64,000 bases of DNA from positions 1 through 64,000 of the IMG/VR virus record IMGVR_UViG_3300036716_000695, one strand, 5' to 3'. Positions 28,956 to 35,932 of this stretch are shown piece by piece. The position numbers and the translations under genes are program-made. Position 1 is the stretch's first letter, and each line of letters starts with the position of its first letter. This DNA comes from a virus. The notes under the pieces were generated by a model, which was not told where the DNA came from, searched no databases, and worked only from the letters and a program-made list of their open reading frames with translations.

Positions 28956-29142
28956 ATTCTGCATGATATAGTGAGTCTATAAAGATACGTCTTTCACGTT
29001 CATCCCTTATAGAATCTTGTTTGGTATAGATGATTGTGTCTTGACCATCTACGTACCAGTCTATCACGTTAGGGTCTTTATCCGGTTTATACTCCGATTT
29101 GCAACCTAGGCAAACCAAGAGTAATAACACACTAACCTTCAC
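28954..29142 (-). CDS. Small predicted lipoprotein
   Basis: MKVSVLLLLVCLG|C signal peptide with lipobox-like LGC. Overlaps the nrdA stop. Confidence 0.55.
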   Translation of the reverse strand: MKVSVLLLLVCLGCKSEYKPDKDPNVIDWYVDGQDTIIYTKQDSIRDERERRIFIDSLYHAE

Positions 29143-30757
29143 AACTAGAACACTCTAATATATTACGAGCAAAGTCTTGAGCACTACTCTTACTAAACTG
29201 ATAGTACAAAGTCTTTACACCTTCTTCCCAAGCATACATGTAAAGCTTATTAATATCTTTAGCTGATACTGACGGGTCAATCATTAAGTTTAATGACTGT
29301 GACTGGTCAATGTACTTTTGTCTTTGTGCTGCTTGAAGTACGAGCTCTTTTGGAGATATCTCAACAAAAGACTTGAACACTGCTTTAGTAGGGAAATCTA
29401 AGTGTTGCACACTACCATCTTTCTTTAGGATAGACTTCCAAGTCTTGTCTGTATTTAGACCATAGGTTTCAAGTTCCTCTTCTAAGAAGGGATTCTTGTA
29501 AATAGTCTTAGACTTAGCAAGATCCTTAATAAAGTAGTTAGACTTAATAGGCTCTATACCCATAGACACGGCACCGTGGATAAATGAACTAGACTTAGTA
29601 GGAGCAATAGCCATAAGAGTGGTGTTAGCATATCCTTCTCTAAGAGAAGTGTATCCATACTCATTATGCAATTCTCTAGAAGCAATCTCACTTCTATCTT
29701 TAAGTGTTCTAAAAATTTCACTGTTCAATCCTTTAGCTTGCAATGAGTCAAACTCAAGAAGCTTTGATTGAAACAAAGAGTGATATCCTAACACACCAAG
29801 ACCAATTGCTCTATGCTTCTCAGCAAAGTTAAACGCTCTCTTCATGCCCGGCATAGTCTCAGACTTAATAATGAATTCATCCATTACTGCATTTAAGAAA
29901 TACACATATGTTTCAATTGCATCAGTTTCTTTTATCTGGTCCCAATGTAATAGGTTAATAGAACCTAAGCAACATACAAAAGAATTATAACTATCAGTAG
30001 GAAGCTGGATCTCTGAACATAAATTAGATGCTGTGATATCCATTCCAAGTTCTTTATAAGGAGAATTGTTATTGGAGTTATCCTTAAACATAATATAAGG
30101 AAATCCAAACTCACTCCTGTTCTGAATGATCTTAGCCCATACTTTACGTTTAGCTTTATCTCCTTCCTTCATTTCATTCATCCATTGATCAGTAACTGTA
30201 ACACCATACTGTAAATTTTGTATAGGATTACCCTCTGTACCAATATCTAAGAACTCTAAGATATCCGCATGCTCAACTGGTAGGTATACTGCACAAGCAC
30301 CACGTCTGGCCTCAGACTGCTTGCAAACGTCCACTACAGTATCATATATCTTAGCGTAGTGCACTGGACCATCAGCAAAACCACCTGTAGATATTTCAGT
30401 TCCTCTTGCTCTAATGTTGCCAATAAAAGCACTTGTACCTCCGCCATATTTACTCATCATTCCAATTTCACGGCCTGCATTTAATATGCTATCTAAGTTA
30501 TCATCAACATTAGATCCGTAGCAGCTTATAGGTAAACCTTTTTGTTTACCAAAGTTAATCCATACAGGAGTAGACAAAGAGTAAAATCCTCTTGCCATAT
30601 AATCCTCAAACTTTTCTGCAAAGCCTTTTATATTCAAATACTTTTCTGCTTTAATAGCAATGTCTTTGATTCTTTGTTCAGGGCTTTCTGATATATACCC
30701 TCTTGATAAAAATGTGCGGCTGTCTTCATTCAGCCAGTAGTATTTATTATATTCCAT
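29132..30757 (-). CDS. nrdA: Ribonucleotide reductase class Ia large subunit (short form, no ATP cone)
   Basis: ISC, SNLCSEI, IAPTKSSS, KTLYY and C-terminal CSSC motifs. Confidence 0.95.
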   Translation of the reverse strand: MEYNKYYWLNEDSRTFLSRGYISESPEQRIKDIAIKAEKYLNIKGFAEKFEDYMARGFYSLSTPVWINFGKQKGLPISCYGSNVDDNLDSILNAGREIGMMSKYGGGTSAFIGNIRARGTEISTGGFADGPVHYAKIYDTVVDVCKQSEARRGACAVYLPVEHADILEFLDIGTEGNPIQNLQYGVTVTDQWMNEMKEGDKAKRKVWAKIIQNRSEFGFPYIMFKDNSNNNSPYKELGMDITASNLCSEIQLPTDSYNSFVCCLGSINLLHWDQIKETDAIETYVYFLNAVMDEFIIKSETMPGMKRAFNFAEKHRAIGLGVLGYHSLFQSKLLEFDSLQAKGLNSEIFRTLKDRSEIASRELHNEYGYTSLREGYANTTLMAIAPTKSSSFIHGAVSMGIEPIKSNYFIKDLAKSKTIYKNPFLEEELETYGLNTDKTWKSILKKDGSVQHLDFPTKAVFKSFVEISPKELVLQAAQRQKYIDQSQSLNLMIDPSVSAKDINKLYMYAWEEGVKTLYYQFSKSSAQDFARNILECSSCEG

Positions 30758-30763
30758 ATTGTT

Positions 30764-30955
30764 TTAGTTTTTATTTCCGTTTTGTTTCCAATCAATCCAA
30801 AAGCCTATAGCCACCATTAAGTGTAAAAAAATAGACAGTGCATATTCATAAAAGTTATGCCAAGTAGCAAAATGCAAATGTACATGACCAATTATCCAAA
30901 AAGGTATAGCCATTTGCTGACTATACCATATAAGAAAAAATTTTATAAACTTCAT
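30764..30955 (-). CDS. Small membrane protein
   Basis: 63 aa, two hydrophobic His/Trp-rich segments, located between nrdB and nrdA. Confidence 0.6.
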   Translation of the reverse strand: MKFIKFFLIWYSQQMAIPFWIIGHVHLHFATWHNFYEYALSIFLHLMVAIGFWIDWKQNGNKN

Positions 30956-30974
30956 CTCTCTTTGGTGTTAAAGG

Positions 30975-31955
30975 TTAAAAAAGATCATCTTCTGTAATAG
31001 ACTTACTTTTTTTATTATAATCAACACTCTTCTTATAAAAGAAATCTCCTTCTTTAGTGCCAGTAATTTCTATATCAAACCATTCTACTGCTTTCAATAT
31101 TTCCTGATTTACCTCAAAGATGGGCTTCATACCTATCTTATCTAAAGAGTTGTTGAATCTGTTTCTTATAAAATGTTGTATTGTTTCTTTAGGTAGAAAA
31201 CTAAGTTCTCCTTTCTCAAAGATCCAATCAAGTATACCACACTCTGCACTATAAGCTTTCATGCATGCAGAGTAGATCAAATCTTCAAATTCTTTATCAA
31301 ACCATTCTGGATTTTCTCTTTTGATTATATTAATAATCTCAGCACCAAAATTACCATGTATCTCCTCTTCTTTACTGGTGGCCTCAACAACATTAGATAT
31401 ACCTTTAAGTACATTCTTTTCTTTGTTAAAGCTCATCATAATTAAGAACTGACTAAATAGACTTACGTGCTCTATAAATAAAGAGAATAATAATACAGAC
31501 TTAGTATACATTTTATTGTCTCTAGAACGTGTACCATCTAGGTACTTTTTTAAGTACTTAAGTCTACCTTCTATTGCAGGCACTTCAACCACTGATTGAA
31601 ACTCTTTTTCTAAACCTAAGATTCTCAACAGTCTAGCATAAGCATCTTTGTGCCTAACTTCTGATTCAGCAAATGTAAATCCTACATCACCAATCTCAGT
31701 AATAGGCATTCTTTTATATAGATCACCCCAAAAAGTTTTTACATTAACTTCTATCTGGGCAATTGCTAACATAGTTTTTTTAATAACATCCCTTTCTGCT
31801 GATGTGATAGTTACTTTAAAATCTTGTATGTCTTCTGTAAAATTAAACTCAGTATCAATCCAATATGAATGTCTAATAGCATCTTTGTATGCTAGCAATT
31901 GAGGATACTCATAAGGTAATATGTTTTGTCTTGGTAAGAAAATGTTTTTATTCAT
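30975..31955 (-). CDS. nrdB: Ribonucleotide reductase class I small subunit
   Basis: ESEVRHKDAY, EEEIHG and C-terminal DFF...DY motifs (ferritin-like di-metal site). Confidence 0.93.
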   Translation of the reverse strand: MNKNIFLPRQNILPYEYPQLLAYKDAIRHSYWIDTEFNFTEDIQDFKVTITSAERDVIKKTMLAIAQIEVNVKTFWGDLYKRMPITEIGDVGFTFAESEVRHKDAYARLLRILGLEKEFQSVVEVPAIEGRLKYLKKYLDGTRSRDNKMYTKSVLLFSLFIEHVSLFSQFLIMMSFNKEKNVLKGISNVVEATSKEEEIHGNFGAEIINIIKRENPEWFDKEFEDLIYSACMKAYSAECGILDWIFEKGELSFLPKETIQHFIRNRFNNSLDKIGMKPIFEVNQEILKAVEWFDIEITGTKEGDFFYKKSVDYNKKSKSITEDDLF

Positions 31956-31975
31956 ATGATTATTTTTTAATGTGG

Positions 31976-32008
31976 AAAAAAAAACTGCATCCCTTTTGAG
32001 AGATACAG
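31976..32008 (-). terminator. Terminator-like hairpin in the nrdB leader
   Basis: Minus strand CTGTATCTCT-CAAA-AGGGATGCAG followed by T9. The G-U pairs only work on the minus strand. Confidence 0.7.
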
Positions 32009-32047
32009 CTCTTGTTCAATTTAAGAAATATAACTGTAAATATAAAA

Positions 32048-32236
32048 TTATTGAGTCATATTAGCAAAAGAAATTGTGAAAAATATAAGACCAAACTCTA
32101 CTCCAAGTACTGGACGATAGATGTCATCTTCACATAAGACTTCACAGTTTACTATTTTAATGCCTAATAGTGTTTCTGTAGGAAGAAACTCTATAGCTAG
32201 TTTATTTTTAAAAATTAAAGGATTTACTTTTTTCAT
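32048..32236 (-). CDS. Small hypothetical protein, beta-strand-like hydrophobic pattern
   Basis: 62-aa ORF at the head of the nrd cassette, downstream of a TATCTTTG element. Confidence 0.6.
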   Translation of the reverse strand: MKKVNPLIFKNKLAIEFLPTETLLGIKIVNCEVLCEDDIYRPVLGVEFGLIFFTISFANMTQ

Positions 32237-32246
32237 AAAATTAGAA

Positions 32247-32265
32247 TTTGTATATTAAGTATATA
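32247..32265 (+). promoter_or_regulatory. Candidate late-promoter motif TTTGTATATTAAGTATATA
   Basis: Near-identical copy at 33019-33038. Both copies lie upstream of plus-strand late genes. Confidence 0.45.
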
Positions 32266-32274
32266 CCATTATTG

Positions 32275-32282
32275 CAAAGATA
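32275..32282 (-). promoter_or_regulatory. Bacteroidota-type -7 promoter element TATCTTTG for the nrd cassette
   Basis: Matches TAnnTTTG, about 40 nt upstream of the 32236 start. Confidence 0.6.
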
Positions 32283-32293
32283 TATATTTTATT

Positions 32294-32677
32294 ATGAGCC
32301 ATTGGAAAAAAATTAAGAATTTATTTTGGTACTCTGACAGTGAGCCAACTGAATTGCTTATATCTTTCTGCTATATATTGGCTCTTCCAGCATGTATGAT
32401 ACAAGAATTCAGCAACCCTAATATTATTTTTATAATAGGGGGTGTTCTCATAGGTTTATTTCAGTTGTGGTCAGTTTTATATAATGTAGTAACAAAAAAT
32501 TGTTTAAGTTATAGACTTCTTGCCACAAAGCTCTCATCAATATTAGCCGTTATAGTTGTAGTTAATCTATATATAGAAGGTGTAATGAGAGGAACCAATA
32601 TTGAGTGGATAATCATTATGCTTTTTGCTTTTTGGAATACAATAAGATTGTTTAAAGAAAAAATAGAAAGAGAATAA
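32294..32677 (+). CDS. Four-TM membrane protein (possible lysis-cassette component)
   Basis: 127 aa with four hydrophobic segments, translationally coupled to the next gene (TAATG). Confidence 0.65.
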   Translation: MSHWKKIKNLFWYSDSEPTELLISFCYILALPACMIQEFSNPNIIFIIGGVLIGLFQLWSVLYNVVTKNCLSYRLLATKLSSILAVIVVVNLYIEGVMRGTNIEWIIIMLFAFWNTIRLFKEKIERE

Positions 32678-32988
32678 TGGATCCTGTAGTACAAATAGTT
32701 ATAACAATAATAGGGGTCTTAGGCTCTGGTGCAATCTGGAAATATCTTGAAGCAAGGTTAAGAGTGAATTCAGATGAAAAAAAATTAGAATTACAAAACA
32801 ATGATGGCGTGCAATATAGAGACGATTTAAAAAACAGAGTTAGAAACCTTGAGGCAATGCTAGCTAACTCAAGCAATGAGAAAGACACGCTTAGACAGCA
32901 AGTACTAGACTTAGTAGCTGAAGTTAATACATTAAGAGTTAAAGTTGAGTTTCTTGAAAAAGAGAACCAACGTTTAAAGAATAAGTAA
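32677..32988 (+). CDS. N-terminally membrane-anchored coiled-coil protein (holin/spanin-like)
   Basis: One N-terminal TM segment followed by a heptad coiled coil. Confidence 0.55.
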   Translation: MDPVVQIVITIIGVLGSGAIWKYLEARLRVNSDEKKLELQNNDGVQYRDDLKNRVRNLEAMLANSSNEKDTLRQQVLDLVAEVNTLRVKVEFLEKENQRLKNK

Positions 32989-32998
32989 ACTTTAAATA

Positions 32999-33038
32999 TT
33001 TGGAAAAGTTTCTTAAATTTTGTATATTATAGTATATA
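32999..33038 (+). promoter_or_regulatory. Candidate promoter TTTG-N20-TATATTAT
   Basis: Bacteroidota -33 TTTG at 32999 with a 20-nt spacer and a variant -7 element, upstream of ATG 33057. Confidence 0.5.
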
Positions 33039-33056
33039 GTAACTTAAATATTTAAC

Positions 33057-33218
33057 ATGATAAAAAGATTTTTTTATTTAGTATGGACAAGCAGTCTCCA
33101 AGATATATGGAGATACTTGTGGTCTTTAACATCAATAGATGAGAAGACTGTTGCAGTTGTTAAAGAAACAAAGAAAAGAACCAAGGCTGTTAAAAAGGCT
33201 ATTAAAGGAAAAAAATAA
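33057..33218 (+). CDS. Small basic protein, 53 aa (not in ORF track)
   Basis: MIKRFFYLVWTSSLQDIWRYLWSLTSIDEKTVAVVKETKKRTKAVKKAIKGKK*. Fills the gap and ends 1 nt before the next ATG. Confidence 0.7.
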   Translation: MIKRFFYLVWTSSLQDIWRYLWSLTSIDEKTVAVVKETKKRTKAVKKAIKGKK

Positions 33219-33219
33219 C

Positions 33220-33366
33220 ATGGGTGATTGGACATTAGAAATAGCATTCCATTGGCCTCATAACAGATTAGCTCTGGGATGGGAAACTATAATGCCTGAT
33301 GAAGAGTACAATTATAGTACTATAAAAGTCTATTTATTATTTGTAACACTCACTTTAGATTTTTAA
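33220..33366 (+). CDS. Small hypothetical protein, 48 aa
   Basis: Likely true start is MGDWTLE at 33220, because the upstream part of the track ORF overlaps the previous gene. Confidence 0.65.
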   Translation: MGDWTLEIAFHWPHNRLALGWETIMPDEEYNYSTIKVYLLFVTLTLDF

Positions 33367-33369
33367 ACT

Positions 33370-33597
33370 ATGAAAAAGATAAATGTAAAAACACAAAAGG
33401 GATTAGTTGCTTTAAAAAAGAAAGCTCCTGAAGTTGTTAAAGATATGGGTTATTTCAAATTAGGTGGTGGCACTCATAATACATTTAGTGGTTTACCTAA
33501 AAAACAAATTGGTGGTACATCTCCTGAGTTGATGCCAACAACAGAGAATAAAAACAATGCTGTAGATAGTATTAAGAAAAATTCTTTTGTAAGATAA
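33370..33597 (+). CDS. Small basic protein with xxGG motifs
   Basis: 75 aa, contains YFKLGGG and KKQIGG. Confidence 0.65.
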   Translation: MKKINVKTQKGLVALKKKAPEVVKDMGYFKLGGGTHNTFSGLPKKQIGGTSPELMPTTENKNNAVDSIKKNSFVR

Positions 33598-34523
33598 TGA
33601 ATATTTTAACTGACATATTAAGTTTATTTAAACGCAAGAAATTTGTTAAAGAAGCTAAAGCTAATGATGTATTAGTTTTAGGTCTTAATGAAGAACCTGA
33701 CATGACGGGTGTTGCATCTCCAATTCCTTATAAAAGTGTAAGGTTAATAAAGGTGAAAGATTTGGTTGTAAAAGGTGAAGCATGTGAATATAATAATGTA
33801 GTCAATGGTACAGGTACTAAACCTTCTTATGTATATAGAGATACTACAGAAGATCCATGCTCAGTTAATTTACGTTCAATTGCAGCTACTGGTAATTATA
33901 TTAGTGTATTAACAAATAATAATGAAATTGAAATTTCTACAACTGCTGAACCAAATAGAGCAGCAAATGTAGGTAGAGGAACTGGTGTATTTAGAGATAA
34001 AACAGGAGCTTTATTAAACTTCAAATCTCTTGTTGGTGGTGGTGATGTTACTATAAGTGACGATGGTGATACAATACAAATTACTTCAACCGGTGGTGGT
34101 GGTGGAGTAACTAGCATTATTGCAGGTGACGGTATCTCTGTTAATAGATCAACAGGTGATGTAACTGTAACAGCTACAACTGCTCCTCCAACTTTATATG
34201 CAGCCGGGTTAACACAATTTAATAATAATGCACCAACCTTGAATGTATTTGCTAATTCAATTAATAGAATTGTAACAGCTACATATGTAGATGTTGGTGT
34301 ATATCAATTTGAATTTAGTGTACCAGTTAATATTAATAGAACAGCAATAAAGTGTTCATTAACAGGACAATCTCATCCGTTTTTGTTTAACGTTTCTAAT
34401 CAAACATCAAACGGATTTAGAATATATACATATATTGTTGATGAGACAGGCGCAACTGTTCTTAAGGATGGTATATTATTTAAGACACCATTAGAAATTA
34501 TTGTTTACCCAGAAGAACCATAA
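33597..34523 (+). CDS. Short fibre/virion appendage protein
   Basis: 308 aa, Gly/Thr-rich (GVTSIIAGDGISV, LNFKSLVGG). N- and C-termini resemble those of the 35933 fibre. Confidence 0.65.
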   Translation: MNILTDILSLFKRKKFVKEAKANDVLVLGLNEEPDMTGVASPIPYKSVRLIKVKDLVVKGEACEYNNVVNGTGTKPSYVYRDTTEDPCSVNLRSIAATGNYISVLTNNNEIEISTTAEPNRAANVGRGTGVFRDKTGALLNFKSLVGGGDVTISDDGDTIQITSTGGGGGVTSIIAGDGISVNRSTGDVTVTATTAPPTLYAAGLTQFNNNAPTLNVFANSINRIVTATYVDVGVYQFEFSVPVNINRTAIKCSLTGQSHPFLFNVSNQTSNGFRIYTYIVDETGATVLKDGILFKTPLEIIVYPEEP

Positions 34524-34526
34524 GCT

Positions 34527-35000
34527 ATGAGTGATAAAAAACCCAAAAAGAAGTTTAAAGATACTAAAGTAGGACAGTTCCTTACAAAGAAGGTTCCAAG
34601 TATATTAGGTATTGCAGGAGAATTACTTCCTGATGCAGGCGTTTTAGGTATGGTTAAATCTTTAATAGAAAAAGAACCAGCTTTATCTCCAGTAGATAAA
34701 GAGACTGCTTTAAAGTTATTAGAGCAAGATATGGTTGAAATGCAAGAAGTAAGCAAGCGTTGGGTCAGTGACATGAGTTCTGATTCTTGGCTTAGTAAAA
34801 ATACAAGACCAATGACTTTGATATTTTTAACTATATCAATGGTAATATTTATGTTGTTGGACAGTTCTGAAATTGACTTTAAGGTAGACTCAGTATGGGT
34901 AGACTTATTAAAGTCATTATTAATAACAGTCTATGTAGCTTACTTTGGTTCAAGGGGAGCTGAGAAATTTAAAACAATTAGTAATAAAAATAAAAATTAG
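34527..35000 (+). CDS. Holin-like protein (3TM GTA-holin-like)
   Basis: RWVSDM.SDSWLSKNTRP motif, two C-terminal TM segments and AYFGSRG.EK. Confidence 0.75.
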   Translation: MSDKKPKKKFKDTKVGQFLTKKVPSILGIAGELLPDAGVLGMVKSLIEKEPALSPVDKETALKLLEQDMVEMQEVSKRWVSDMSSDSWLSKNTRPMTLIFLTISMVIFMLLDSSEIDFKVDSVWVDLLKSLLITVYVAYFGSRGAEKFKTISNKNKN

Positions 35001-35005
35001 AAATT

Positions 35006-35263
35006 ATGTCAAGAAGTAATAAAGTAGGACCCAAGTATGGTAATGGTGGTTCAACAATGCAAAGCACAGATAAATATACATATGGTGGTGGATTTACAAT
35101 GGGTGCTGGAGACGGAGATATGACTCCGGGTAAAGCAGGAATGAGAGCAATGGCCAAAGGTGGTGGCTTAATGGGCTTCATGGAAGGTGGAGATGTTACA
35201 CAACCAGGTTCAATGGACTACTACAAAATGGGTGGTGGCAAAGGTAAATGCTGCGGCAAATAA
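35006..35263 (+). CDS. Gly/Met-rich micro-protein built of xxGG repeats
   Basis: KYGNGG, YTYGGG, AMAKGGG, FMEGG and YKMGGG within 85 aa. Confidence 0.7.
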   Translation: MSRSNKVGPKYGNGGSTMQSTDKYTYGGGFTMGAGDGDMTPGKAGMRAMAKGGGLMGFMEGGDVTQPGSMDYYKMGGGKGKCCGK

Positions 35264-35287
35264 TAATTAACTTTTAAAAATATAACT

Positions 35288-35371
35288 ATGAAACAAGGAC
35301 AGCAATGTATATGTGGTGAAACACAAAACTCAGAAGGTTTATGTGACGGATCACATGCTTCATGTAAATAA
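35288..35371 (+). CDS. 27-aa CDGSH-type iron-sulfur micro-protein (not in ORF track)
   Basis: MKQGQQCICGETQNSEGLCDGSHASCK*. A-rich leader, in frame, and fits between neighbouring genes. Confidence 0.75.
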   Translation: MKQGQQCICGETQNSEGLCDGSHASCK

Positions 35372-35378
35372 ACAAATT

Positions 35379-35576
35379 ATGGCAAAGACAAATAAAGTAG
35401 AAAATGGATATTTTGATCCAACCTCTATACCGGCAAAGATACAAGCAAAAAAGAATGCAACTGCTACAGCAACTAGAATGAGGTTGGCAGCACGTGGTTC
35501 TCAAGCAAAACAAGTATCTACTAGAGCAACAGAACCAGTACAATCAGAAGCTTTTAAAAAAGGATATTGTAAATAA
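35379..35576 (+). CDS. Small basic Ala/Lys-rich protein
   Basis: Likely start MAKTNKV at 35379, 7 nt after the CDGSH ORF stop. Confidence 0.65.
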   Translation: MAKTNKVENGYFDPTSIPAKIQAKKNATATATRMRLAARGSQAKQVSTRATEPVQSEAFKKGYCK

Positions 35577-35584
35577 ATTATAAA

Positions 35585-35929
35585 ATGGCATTAATTCCAC
35601 AACAACAAATAACTCAATCTGGTCTAGTTCCAGCATATACTGCTGCATTATTAGCAGGAAATGTTTTACAGAATACAGGAATACAGTACTTTCATATTAG
35701 AAATGAGAGTGCTTCTTCAGTTACAGCAACAGTAGTCCCTGTAATAACAACTGTAATAGATCCGGGACTGGGGGAACTTGTAAAGGAAAATGCTGTCTTA
35801 ACTTTAGCTGCAGGTGAAGCTGGTTTCCTAGGGCCTTTTGAAACAAAAGCATTTAACAGTCCAGAAGGACAAATAACACTAACTTACACTTCTGTAACAT
35901 CAGTTACAGTAGCGGCATTATATATTTAA
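35585..35929 (+). CDS. Putative virion decoration/beta-sandwich protein
   Basis: 114 aa, beta-rich, in the late region just before the fibre gene. Confidence 0.5.
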   Translation: MALIPQQQITQSGLVPAYTAALLAGNVLQNTGIQYFHIRNESASSVTATVVPVITTVIDPGLGELVKENAVLTLAAGEAGFLGPFETKAFNSPEGQITLTYTSVTSVTVAALYI

Positions 35930-35932
35930 ATT

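Noticed and set aside
33139-33219. N-terminal extension of track ORF 33139-33366
   Set aside because: Overlaps a better ORF (33057-33218), so the start at 33220 is preferred.
35313-35378. N-terminal extension of track ORF 35313-35576
   Set aside because: Overlaps the CDGSH micro-ORF in another frame, so ATG 35379 is preferred.
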